Below are positions 47,140 through 55,855 of a DNA stretch of 64,000 nt, piece after piece. The notes beneath the pieces were generated by a model. The model had not been told where the DNA came from, made no database searches, and saw nothing but the letters and a program-made list of their open reading frames with translations. The stretch's first letter is position 1; the number at the start of each line of letters is the position of its first letter. The DNA is from an uncultured Actinomyces sp. (GTDB lineage: Bacteria; Actinomycetota; Actinomycetes; Actinomycetales; Actinomycetaceae): assembly GCA_900545825.1 (NCBI GenBank), contig URAS01000002.1:91953-155952 (forward strand), in the 5' to 3' direction. The translations under genes and the position numbers were made by a program.

Positions 47140-47219
47140 GAAGCGCTCACCTAACGTGTTAAAACTGCCGGATACCGGACAGGATCGACATTTTAGGTGA
47201 GCGTTTCGGTTTTTTCGCG
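47140..47219. repeat. Copy A of the GAAACGCTCACC / GGTGAGCGTTTC repeat family. Here it ends in GGTTTTTT, so it also looks like the intrinsic terminator of the hydratase-aldolase operon
   Basis: GAAGCGCTCACC-TAACGTGTTAAAACTGCCGGATACCGGACAGGATCGACATTTTA-GGTGAGCGTTTC-GGTTTTTTCGCG. Its reverse complement is ~85% identical to copy B. Confidence 0.55.
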
Positions 47220-47223
47220 GAGG

Positions 47224-48657
47224 CTACCGCGGGAGGCCGACGTAGATCGTCTCTTCGAACTCGTCGATGCCCTCGAGGCCACCCTCGCGGCCCAGGCCCG
47301 ACGCTTTGACGCCGCCGAAGGGCGCCGCGGCGTTCGAGATGGTCCCGGAGTTGACGCCGAGCATCCCGACCTCGAGGCGGCGGGCCAGCCGCATGATCCG
47401 GCCGATATCGCGGGTGTGGACGTAGCCGGCGAGGCCGAACTCGGTGTCGTTGGCGTAGCGGACGACCTCGTCCTCGTCGTCGAAGCCGCAGATGGCGGCG
47501 ACGGGGCCGAAGACCTCCTCGCGCATGAGCGGGTTGTCGGGCGCGACGTCGCCGATCACGGTCGGCGGGTAGAAGTAGCCGGCGCCCTCGGGGACCTGGC
47601 CGCCGCAGCGCAGGATGCCGCCCGCGGCGACCGACCGGTCGACGAGGTCGGCGACATGGTCGCGCTGCTTCGCCGAGATAATCGGGCCGACGTCGACGCC
47701 CTCGGCCATCCCGTCGCCGACGGTCATCGCGGCGAACGCGTCGGCCAGGCGCGACGTGAACTCGGCCTGCAGCGACCGGTGGACGTAGAAGCGCGAGGAC
47801 GCGTTGCAGGCCTCGCCCATGTTGCGCATCTTCGTCGCGATCGCGGCGTCGACGGCGAGGGCGAGGTCGGCGTCCTCGAAGACGATAAACGGCGCCAGGC
47901 CGCCCAATTCCATCGAGGTGCGGAGGACGTTTTCGGCGGCCTCGCGCAGCAGGGCCCGCCCGACGCCGGTCGAGCCGGTGAACGAGATCTTCCGCAGCCG
48001 GGGATCGGCGATCATCGGGCCGGTCATCGGCGGCGTGTCCGCGGTCGGGACGACGTTGACGACGCCGGCGGGCAGGCCGATCTGGTCGAACACCTCGGCG
48101 AGCAGGAGCGACGTCAGCGGGGTCGCGTCGGAGGGCTTGAGGACGCACGTGCAGCCGGCCGCGAGCGCCGGCGCGATCTTGCGGGTGGCCATGGCGAGGG
48201 GGAAGTTCCACGGCGTGATGAAGAGGCACGGCCCGACGGGGCGCTTGAGGGTGAGGACGTGGACGCCGCCCTCGGGGGTGGGGTAGCTGGCGCCGTGGGC
48301 GTGGGGCGCGGATTCGGCGAACCAGCGCAAGAATTCGGCGCCGTAGGTGACCTCGGCGTATGCCTGGTCGAGGGGCTTGCCCATCTCGAGGGTCATGCAG
48401 CGGGCGAAGTCGTCGGCGCGGGCGGTGACGGCGTCGAAGGCGCGGGCGAGGTAGTCGGCGCGGACGCGCACGGGGGTCTCGGCCCAGGATTCGGCGGCGC
48501 GGTGGGCGGCGTCGAGGGCGGCCATGCCGTCGGCGGGCGACGCCGAGGCGACCTCGGCGAGGACGTCCTCGGTGGCGGGGTTGACGACGGGGAAGGTCTG
48601 GCCGGTCGCGGACGGCCGCCAGGTGCCGTCGATAAAGAGCGAGGTCGGATAGGACAT
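47224..48657 (-). CDS. NAD(P)+-dependent succinate-semialdehyde dehydrogenase (GabD-like), paralog 1
   Basis: 477 aa from an internal ATG (MSYPTSLFIDGTWRP). Contains MELGGLAP (Glu) and MGEACNASSRF (Cys). The 71-codon upstream extension was rejected. Confidence 0.8.
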   Translation of the reverse strand: MSYPTSLFIDGTWRPSATGQTFPVVNPATEDVLAEVASASPADGMAALDAAHRAAESWAETPVRVRADYLARAFDAVTARADDFARCMTLEMGKPLDQAYAEVTYGAEFLRWFAESAPHAHGASYPTPEGGVHVLTLKRPVGPCLFITPWNFPLAMATRKIAPALAAGCTCVLKPSDATPLTSLLLAEVFDQIGLPAGVVNVVPTADTPPMTGPMIADPRLRKISFTGSTGVGRALLREAAENVLRTSMELGGLAPFIVFEDADLALAVDAAIATKMRNMGEACNASSRFYVHRSLQAEFTSRLADAFAAMTVGDGMAEGVDVGPIISAKQRDHVADLVDRSVAAGGILRCGGQVPEGAGYFYPPTVIGDVAPDNPLMREEVFGPVAAICGFDDEDEVVRYANDTEFGLAGYVHTRDIGRIMRLARRLEVGMLGVNSGTISNAAAPFGGVKASGLGREGGLEGIDEFEETIYVGLPR

Positions 48658-48715
48658 GCGGGGGATCCTTTCGGGCCTGAAGGCTGGGGGGGTCGGCGAC
48701 GGTGCCGAACCTCCC

Positions 48716-48900
48716 ACTAATCGTATATGATTTCCTCGATAACGCGCCAGCCCCCGCGAGCCAACCGCCCCGGCCAGGCCCTTCACGCATCCCGACCACA
48801 CGCAATCCGCCAGAGAGAACTTCGCCGTTCCTCTTGACGCCGCCTGGTCGACCCCGTAGGCTGGAGTCAATCATATACGATTGAATGTATGATTAATCCG
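48716..48900. promoter_or_regulatory. Divergent promoter region carrying the operator-like 12-bp palindromes ATCGTATATGAT (48720-48731) and ATCATATACGAT (48870-48881), plus the half-site GAATGTATGATT
   Basis: AT-rich palindromes in a 70% GC background. The same motif occurs at 45506-45517 and 54102-54113. Confidence 0.5.
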
Positions 48901-48933
48901 AGAGAGACGACGTCGACTCCCACGGGAAGGACT

Positions 48934-50415
48934 GACATGGATCCTGTAACCGCCACCATTGGCCATCGCCCCGGCAAGATTTTCGCCGTTCACCTCTCGT
49001 ACGCCTCGCGCGCCGCGCAGCGCGGCCGCACGCCGGCCAACCCGTCGTACTTCTTTAAGGCGCCCTCGTCGCTGACCGGCTCGGGCACCGTCGCCCGTCC
49101 CGAAGGCTGCGAGCTCGTGGGCTTCGAGGGCGAGGTCGCCGTCGTCATCGGCACGCCCGGGCGCAACATCAGCGTCGAGGACGCGTGGAGCCACGTCGGC
49201 TGGGTGACCGCGGCGAACGACCTCGGCCTCCACGACATGCGGTACGCCGACCGCGGCTCGAACGTCCGCTCGAAGTCGGGCGACGGCTACTCCCCCGTCG
49301 GCCCCACGCTGCTGGATGCGCGTAAACTCGACGAAAAGCGCATCGGCGTCAAGACGTGGCTGGACGGCGCCCTCGTGTCGGACGACAACACGGGCGGGAT
49401 GCTGTTCACGATCTCGACGATGATCGCCGACCTCTCGCGCCTCCTCACCCTGGAGGAGGGCGACATGATCATGACCGGCGTCCCCGCCGGCGCATCGGTC
49501 GCCGAGCCGGGCCAGACGATCGAGGTCGAGGTCTTCAGCCTCGACGATCCCAGCCTGACGACGGGCCGCCTGCGCACCGAGGTCGTCTCCGCTCCCCCGC
49601 TGGCCAAGGTCGGCCACGCCCCGAAGGTCGATGACGCCCAGCGTTCGGACGCGTGGGGCTACCCGATCGGCACGGTCAAGGCCGAGGCCGACCGTCGCGC
49701 CCCGCTGGACCCCGAGGTCCGCCGCCGCCTCGAGAACGTCGGCGTCGGCACCCTGTCGGTGCAGCTGCGCAAGCGCGGCTACAACGAGGCGATCATCGAC
49801 GGCGTCAAGCCGCTCACCCCGGGCACACGCCTTATTGGTCCGGCCCGCACACTGCGCTACGTGCCGTTCCGCAAGGACCTGTTTGCCCAGCTCGGTGGCG
49901 GATTCAACCACCAGAAGCAGGTCGTCGACTCGCTGCGCGAAGGCGACGTCCTCGTCATGGATGCGCGCGGCTGCACCGAGGCCGGCACGCTGGGCGACAT
50001 CCTCGCCCTACGCGCGAAGACGCTGGGAGCGGCGGGCATCGTCACCGACGGCGCGGCCCGCGACTCGGCGGAGGTCGAGCGCGTCGGCCTGCCGGTGTTC
50101 ACGAACGGCCGCCACCCGGCCGTCCTCGGGCGCCGGCACGTGCCGTACGAGCACGACGTGACGATCGCCTGCGGCGGCGCCACGGTATGCGTCGGCGACA
50201 TCATCGTCGGCGACGACGACGGCGCCATCGTCATCCCCCGCGACCTGCTCAACGAGGTCCTCGCCGACGCCGAAGCCCAAGAACACCGCGAGCGCTTTAT
50301 CGCCGAACAGGTCGCGGCCGGCGAGAGCCTCGACGGGCTGTTCCCCGTGGCAAGCGACCACTGGAAGGAACGCTTCGCCGAGTGGGAGAAGGACCACCCC
50401 GCCCCGACTGCGTAA
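48934..50415 (+). CDS. Fusion protein: an N-terminal fumarylacetoacetate-hydrolase (FAH/HpaG-like) domain plus a C-terminal RraA-like (HMG/CHA aldolase / oxaloacetate decarboxylase family) domain
   Basis: 493 aa (RBS GGAAGGA). N-terminal domain: GFEGEVAVVIG...MIMTGVPAG. C-terminal domain: VLVMDARGCTEAGTLGDILALRAKTLGAAGIVTDGAARD. Confidence 0.65.
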   Translation, partial: DMDPVTATIGHRPGKIFAVHLSYASRAAQRGRTPANPSYFFKAPSSLTGSGTVARPEGCELVGFEGEVAVVIGTPGRNISVEDAWSHVGWVTAANDLGLHDMRYADRGSNVRSKSGDGYSPVGPTLLDARKLDEKRIGVKTWLDGALVSDDNTGGMLFTISTMIADLSRLLTLEEGDMIMTGVPAGASVAEPGQTIEVEVFSLDDPSLTTGRLRTEVVSAPPLAKVGHAPKVDDAQRSDAWGYPIGTVKAEADRRAPLDPEVRRRLENVGVGTLSVQLRKRGYNEAIIDGVKPLTPGTRLIGPARTLRYVPFRKDLFAQLGGGFNHQKQVVDSLREGDVLVMDARGCTEAGTLGDILALRAKTLGAAGIVTDGAARDSAEVERVGLPVFTNGRHPAVLGRRHVPYEHDVTIACGGATVCVGDIIVGDDDGAIVIPRDLLNEVLADAEAQEHRERFIAEQVAAGESLDGLFPVASDHWKERFAEWEKDHPAPTA

Positions 50416-50499
50416 CCCCGCAGGCGTCACTCCGCCCGACATCCCGGCGCCCAGCGCCCCGACACTTGTTGATTGTTCCGACTGACTGAAGGAGACCCC

Positions 50500-52032
50500 A
50501 TGACCGACGCAACCGGGTTGTTGCCGGATCACATCCAGCACTACATTGGCGGCCAATTCGTCGATTCGGCCGACGGCGACATGTTCGACGTCCTCGATCC
50601 GACGACGAACGAGGCCTACATCCAGTGCGCCTCCGGGAAGGCCGCCGACGTCGATGCCGCCGTTGCCGCCGCCCGCAAGGCGTTCGACGAGGGCCCGTGG
50701 CCCACGATGCAGCCGCGCGAGCGCGCCCGCATCCTCTACCGGATCGCCGACGAGGTCGAGAAGGTCCACTCCGAGCTGGCGGCGCTGGAGAGCCGCGACT
50801 CGGGTCTGCCGATCCGCCAGGCGAAGGGCCAGGCGAACCGCGCGGCCGAGAATTTCCGGTTCTTCGCCGACCTCATCGTTGCCCAGCGCGACGACACGTA
50901 CAAGATGCCGGGCCGCCAGATTAACTACGTCAACCGCAAGCCGAAGGGCGTCGCGGGCCTCATCACGCCGTGGAACACGCCGTTCATGCAGGAGTCGTGG
51001 AAGCTCGCGCCGGCCCTGGCGTCGGGCTGCACCCTGGTCCTCAAGCCCGCCGAGTTTACGCCCGCGTCGGCGTCGCTGTGGGCGGGCATCATGGAGCGCG
51101 CCGGCGTCCCCGAGGGCGTCTTTAACCTCGTCAACGGCTTCGGCGAGACGGCGGGCGACGCCCTCGTCAAGCACGAGGACGTCAACCTCATCTCGTTCAC
51201 CGGCGAGGCCGGCACGGGCCGCGTGATCTTCGCGAACTGCGCGCCGACGATGAAGGCGATGTCGATGGAGCTGGGCGGCAAGTCCCCGGCCGTCATCTTC
51301 GCCGACGCCGACTTCGAGGCCGCCCTCGACTCGACGTTGTTCGGCGTGTTTTCGCTCAACGGCGAACGCTGCACGGCGTCCTCGCGCATCCTCGTCGAGC
51401 GCCCGATTTACGACCGCTTCGTCGAGGCGTACGCCGAGCGCGCGAAGAAGATCAAGGTCGGCGTCCCGTCGGATCCCGACACCGAGATCGGCGCCCTCGT
51501 CCACCCCGAGCACTACGACAAGGTGACGAGCTACGTCGAGATCGGCAAGAAAGAGGCGCGCCTGGTCGCCGGCGGTGAGCGGCCCGCGGGCTTCGAGAAG
51601 GGCAACTACCTCGAGGCGACGGTGTTCGCCGACGTCGACCGCGACGCGCGGATCTTCCAGGAGGAAATCTTCGGCCCCGTCGTCTGCATCACCCCGTTCG
51701 ACACCGACGAGGAGGCCCTCGAGCTCGCCAACTGCGTCGAGTACGGCCTCGCCGCCTACGTGTGGACGAAGGACGTCACCCGCGCCCACCTGTTCGCGCA
51801 CGGGATCGAGGCCGGCATGGTGTGGGTGAACTCCCACAACGTCCGCGACCTGCGCACCCCGTTCGGTGGGGTCAAGGCCTCCGGCCTCGGCCACGAGGGC
51901 GGCTACCGCTCCCTCGACTTCTATTCCGACCAGCAAGCTATCCACATTCGCCTGGGCGACGTGCACACCACTCGCTTTGGCGCCACCGGTTACGCCGATA
52001 ACGACCTCGGCCTGGGCGGACCTTCCGCGTAA
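50500..52032 (+). CDS. hpaE: 5-carboxymethyl-2-hydroxymuconate semialdehyde dehydrogenase (HpaE / XylG family ALDH)
   Basis: 510 aa (RBS GAAGGAGA) with MELGGKSPAVIF, LNGERCTASSR (Cys) and EEIFGPV. Confidence 0.82.
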   Translation: MTDATGLLPDHIQHYIGGQFVDSADGDMFDVLDPTTNEAYIQCASGKAADVDAAVAAARKAFDEGPWPTMQPRERARILYRIADEVEKVHSELAALESRDSGLPIRQAKGQANRAAENFRFFADLIVAQRDDTYKMPGRQINYVNRKPKGVAGLITPWNTPFMQESWKLAPALASGCTLVLKPAEFTPASASLWAGIMERAGVPEGVFNLVNGFGETAGDALVKHEDVNLISFTGEAGTGRVIFANCAPTMKAMSMELGGKSPAVIFADADFEAALDSTLFGVFSLNGERCTASSRILVERPIYDRFVEAYAERAKKIKVGVPSDPDTEIGALVHPEHYDKVTSYVEIGKKEARLVAGGERPAGFEKGNYLEATVFADVDRDARIFQEEIFGPVVCITPFDTDEEALELANCVEYGLAAYVWTKDVTRAHLFAHGIEAGMVWVNSHNVRDLRTPFGGVKASGLGHEGGYRSLDFYSDQQAIHIRLGDVHTTRFGATGYADNDLGLGGPSA

Positions 52033-52121
52033 CCCCTCCGCGCGGCGTGGGCGGCCCGTCCACGCCGCGGCCTACACAGGCAATGCCCGATTACCGATGT
52101 CACAGCCAAAGGAGACTGATC

Positions 52122-53201
52122 ATGCACGAAATCGATCCCATCGCCACCCCGACCGCGCCTGCCCCGGACATCCTCCGATGCGCCTACATGGAAGTCATCG
52201 TGTCGGACCTTGCACGGTCGCGTGAGTTCTACGTCGACACGCTCGGCCTCGTCGTCACCAAGGAGACCGAGGACGCCCTCTACCTGCGGACCTTCGACGA
52301 GTTCATCCACCACAACCTCGTCCTCCGCGTTGGCCCGACGCCGGCGGTCGCCGCGTTTGCGTTCCGCGTCCGCAGCCCCGAAGAGGTCGACAAGGCCGAG
52401 GCCTACTACAAGGAGCTGGGCTGCCGCACCGAACGGCGCAAGGACGGCTTCGTCGACGGCATCGGCGACGCCGTGCGCGTCGAGGACCCGCTGGGCTTCC
52501 CCTACGAGTTCTTCTTCGAGTGCGAGCACGTGCCGCGCATGTGCTGGGACTACGACAAGCAGTCGGCCGGCGCCCTCGTCCGCCTCGACCACTTCAACCA
52601 GGTGTTCCCCGACGTCGTCAACGGCTCGAAGTACCTGGAAGACCTGGGCTTCAAGCGGACCGAGGACATCAAGGACGACAAGGACGTCACCTACGCCGCG
52701 TGGTTCGCGCGCAAGCACACCGTCCACGACACGGCGCTGACCGGCGGCGACGGCCCGAGGATGCACCACATCGCGTTCGCGACGCACGAGAAGCACAACA
52801 TCCTCTACATTTGCGACAAGCTGGGCGCCCTGCGCCAGTCCGACGCGATCGAGCGCGGCCCGGGGCGTCACGGCGTCTCGAACGCGTTCTACCTGTACCT
52901 GCGCGACCCCGACGGGCACCGCGTCGAAATCTACACGCAGGACTACTACACGGGTGACCCCGACAACCCGACGATCACGTGGGACGTCCACGACAACCAG
53001 CGGCGTGACTGGTGGGGCCACCAGGTCGTCCCGTCGTGGTACCGCGACGCCTCGCTGGTCCTCGACCTCGACGGCAATCCGCAGCCGCTCATCGCCCGCC
53101 AGGAACCGAAGGAGCTGGACGTGACGATCGGCGCCGACGGCTTCTCGTACACCCGCAAGGGCGACGAGGAGAAGGGCTACAAGGTCGGGTCGCAGCTGTA
53201 G
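52122..53201 (+). CDS. hpaD: Homoprotocatechuate (3,4-dihydroxyphenylacetate) 2,3-dioxygenase, a type I extradiol dioxygenase
   Basis: 359 aa (RBS AAAGGAGA). Two VOC modules with His/Glu metal ligands (HHIAF...; E in DPDGHRVEIY). Confidence 0.8.
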   Translation: MHEIDPIATPTAPAPDILRCAYMEVIVSDLARSREFYVDTLGLVVTKETEDALYLRTFDEFIHHNLVLRVGPTPAVAAFAFRVRSPEEVDKAEAYYKELGCRTERRKDGFVDGIGDAVRVEDPLGFPYEFFFECEHVPRMCWDYDKQSAGALVRLDHFNQVFPDVVNGSKYLEDLGFKRTEDIKDDKDVTYAAWFARKHTVHDTALTGGDGPRMHHIAFATHEKHNILYICDKLGALRQSDAIERGPGRHGVSNAFYLYLRDPDGHRVEIYTQDYYTGDPDNPTITWDVHDNQRRDWWGHQVVPSWYRDASLVLDLDGNPQPLIARQEPKELDVTIGADGFSYTRKGDEEKGYKVGSQL

Positions 53202-53303
53202 ACCAGCCCACGTTGTGGCACCCGGGCGGCGGCGGCCGGTCCCCATCCCGTTATGCTGGGACCGGCGCCGCTACCGGGCGGCGTCGCGATCAAGGAGGCT
53301 GAG

Positions 53304-53960
53304 ATGGCCGAGGGCATGTCCAAGTCGGAACGCGTCTACATGAAGCTGCGCGAGGGGATCCTCCAGGGCAAATACACGCCCGGCTACCGTTTCGTCCTCG
53401 ACCGGATCGCCCGCGAGGAGGGCGTGTCGCCCGTACCCGTACGCGAGGCCGTGCGACTCCTCGAGGCCGAAGGGCTCGTCACGTTCCAACGCAACGTCGG
53501 CGCCGTCGTCTCGGCGATCGACAAGCACGTCTACGCCGAAACGATGGAGACCGTCGCCGTCCTCGAGGGCTATGCCACCGCGCTGGCCGCGGCACACATC
53601 ACCGAGGACGACCTCGCCGAAGCCCAGAACGTCAACGACCGGATGCGGCATCGGCTGACCTCGGCGTTTGACCCGCGCGAGGTGACGCTCCTCAACAAGC
53701 AGTTCCACCGGATCATTACCTCGGCGTGTCCCAACCAGCGCATGCTCGACATCCTCGAGCGTGAATGGGACCGCATCACCTTTATTCGACGCAGCCAGTT
53801 TGCGTTCGACCCCGTCCACTCGATCCGTTCCGTCGACGAGCACGACGCCATCATCCAGGCGATGCGCGAGCGCGACGCCGACCAGATCGAGCAGCTGGCC
53901 CGGCAGCACAAAATGCGGACGCTGCGCCAGTACCTGGCCACCGACCACTCCCAGGCGTAA
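53304..53960 (+). CDS. GntR-family transcriptional regulator (FadR/FCD subfamily), the likely regulator of the cluster
   Basis: 218 aa (RBS AAGGAGG). N-terminal winged helix-turn-helix (RIAREEGVSPVPVREAVRLLE) plus an FCD domain. Confidence 0.8.
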   Translation: MAEGMSKSERVYMKLREGILQGKYTPGYRFVLDRIAREEGVSPVPVREAVRLLEAEGLVTFQRNVGAVVSAIDKHVYAETMETVAVLEGYATALAAAHITEDDLAEAQNVNDRMRHRLTSAFDPREVTLLNKQFHRIITSACPNQRMLDILEREWDRITFIRRSQFAFDPVHSIRSVDEHDAIIQAMRERDADQIEQLARQHKMRTLRQYLATDHSQA

Positions 53961-54072
53961 CCGCCGGCGTCACCCCCTGCGTCACCCCGGCAGGCGGGCG
54001 GTCGGTCGCGGCGATGCCCTGCGCGGCGCTGTTGTCGCGCGCGAGGGCGCCGCGGTTTTTCCTCGTTATCTC

Positions 54073-54150
54073 TTGACACCGTGGCGTACGTCACGGTTAT
54101 AATCGTATACGATCGCGTTTATGGTCGCATATGTGACTCACGTTCACCGC
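54073..54150 (+). promoter_or_regulatory. Near-consensus promoter of the MFS gene (TTGACA at 54073-54078, 19 nt, TATAAT at 54098-54103) overlapped by three operator-like palindromes
   Basis: CCGTGGCGTACGTCACGG sits between the -35 and -10 boxes. ATCGTATACGAT (54102-54113) overlaps the -10. CTCACGTTCAC (54138-54148) matches the GTCACGTTCAC motif of the 60-63 kb inverted repeats. Confidence 0.5.
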
Positions 54151-54161
54151 TGATAGGAGCC

Positions 54162-55604
54162 ACCATGACCCACCAGTCGACCCCCTCCCCCGCCAGCTCC
54201 CAGCTGGTCCTTAACCCCCACAACCGTGAAGACCGCAGAGTCGCGGTCGCCACCCTCGTCGGCACGACCGTCGAGTGGTACGACTTCTTCATCTACTCCA
54301 ACGCCGTCGCCCTCGTGTTCGGTCCCCTGTTCTTCGAGCCGCTGGCCAAGGAAAACACCGTGCTGGCCCAGCTCATCGGGTTCGCGACCGTGGGCATCAG
54401 CTTCTTCTTCCGCCCGCTGGGCGCCATGGTCGCCGGCCACCTGGGCGACAAGATCGGCCGCAAGGCGATGATGGTGGCGACGCTGCTGCTCATGGGTGGC
54501 GCGACCGTCCTCGTCGGCTGCCTGCCGACGTACGCGTCGATCGGGATGGCCGCGCCGTTCCTCCTCATCGCCCTCCGTATCCTCCAGGGCTTCGCGGCCG
54601 GCGGCGAGTGGGGCGGCGCCGCCCTCATGGCGGTCGAGCACGCGCCGGCGAAGCGCCGCGGCTGGTTCGGCGGGTTCCCGCAGGTCGGCGTGCCTCTGGG
54701 CATGCTGACGGCGACGGCGGTCCTCGCGATCGTCCACGTCATCTCGCGCGACCAGTTCACGACGTGGGGCTGGCGGATCCCGTTCCTCCTGTCGGTCGTC
54801 CTCATCATCGTCGGCATGCTCATCCGCCTCAAGGTGTCGGAATCGCCGATCTTCGAGGAGGTCCGCAACGAGGAAGACCAGCTGCGCCTGCCGATCGTCC
54901 AGCTGTTCCGGTTCAACGGCAAGCAGGTCGTCCTCGGCGCCCTCGCGTTCATGGGCAACGGCGTCGCCGGATACATGGTGACCGGCGGCTACATCCTCGC
55001 CTACACGTCCGGGCCCGGCGGCCTGGGGGTCAGCGCCGAGCACATGCTCACGCTCATCACGATCGCGTCGGCGCTGTGGGTCTGCTCGACCCTGTTCGCC
55101 GCGTGGATTTCCGACCGGATCGGGCGCGTGCGGACGTTCCAGATCGGCTTCGTCCTCCAGCTGCTGTGGGTGTTCCCCCTGTTCATGTTCGTTGACCGCG
55201 GCCAGATCGGCCTCATCGCCCTCGGCATGCTGCCGCTGACGCTGGGCCTGGGCCTGACCTACGGCCCGCAGTCGGCGATGTTCGCCGAGATGTTCCCGGC
55301 CCGCGTCCGCTACTCCGGCGCCGGCATGGCGTACGCGATCGGCGCGATCCTCGGTGGCGCGTTCGCGCCGATGATCGCCACGTGGCTGAGGGCGACGTTC
55401 CACACGTCGATGGCGGTGTCGACCTACCTGTTCATCTTCACGGCGATCGGCATGGTCGGCGTGTCCCTGATCAAGGACCGGACGGGCAAGCCGCTGGGCC
55501 GCGACGCGAACGACATCCCCGGCAACGCCGAGCTCGAGGCGGCCGTCACGGCGCACTCGGTCTCCGGTACGAAGGCGACGTTCGAGCGCGGCGCCGGCTG
55601 GTAA
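54162..55604 (+). CDS. MFS transporter of the metabolite:H+ symporter family; probable aromatic acid permease
   Basis: 480 aa with 12 TM segments, the signature GHLGDKIGRK and GGEWGGAALMAVEHAP. Confidence 0.8.
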   Translation, partial: TMTHQSTPSPASSQLVLNPHNREDRRVAVATLVGTTVEWYDFFIYSNAVALVFGPLFFEPLAKENTVLAQLIGFATVGISFFFRPLGAMVAGHLGDKIGRKAMMVATLLLMGGATVLVGCLPTYASIGMAAPFLLIALRILQGFAAGGEWGGAALMAVEHAPAKRRGWFGGFPQVGVPLGMLTATAVLAIVHVISRDQFTTWGWRIPFLLSVVLIIVGMLIRLKVSESPIFEEVRNEEDQLRLPIVQLFRFNGKQVVLGALAFMGNGVAGYMVTGGYILAYTSGPGGLGVSAEHMLTLITIASALWVCSTLFAAWISDRIGRVRTFQIGFVLQLLWVFPLFMFVDRGQIGLIALGMLPLTLGLGLTYGPQSAMFAEMFPARVRYSGAGMAYAIGAILGGAFAPMIATWLRATFHTSMAVSTYLFIFTAIGMVGVSLIKDRTGKPLGRDANDIPGNAELEAAVTAHSVSGTKATFERGAGW

Positions 55605-55645
55605 ACGGCTGGTTGCCGGTGCTGGCGAGACCCCCGTACTGACCC

Positions 55646-55715
55646 GGCGCGGATGGGGAGGACGGCGTCGCAGGCTTCGAAGTCTGCCTGCCGAGACGAC
55701 CTCCCCATTCGCGCC
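55646..55715. repeat. Copy D1 of a second repeat: a 16-bp imperfect inverted repeat GGCGCGGATGGGGAGG ... CCTCCCCATTCGCGCC closing a ~38-nt variable loop
   Basis: The outer arms are identical to D2 at 57598-57665 and the interior differs. Confidence 0.5.
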
Positions 55716-55735
55716 GCAAGGCACCCTCCACCCCC

Positions 55736-55846
55736 GAAACGCTCACCCAAAACCGGAAACGCTCACCTCAATTGTCATTTCTGTCCGCTATCCGGCAGAT
55801 CTAACACGTTAGGTGAGCGTTTCGCTCGGACGGTGAGCGTTTCGCC
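55736..55846. repeat. Copy B of the GAAACGCTCACC / GGTGAGCGTTTC family, with both terminal repeats duplicated in tandem
   Basis: GAAACGCTCACC x2 ... TGTCCGCTATCCGGCAGATCTAACACGTTA-GGTGAGCGTTTC x2. Lies in the convergent MFS/fhs spacer. Confidence 0.55.
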
Positions 55847-55855
55847 GCGAGGGCG

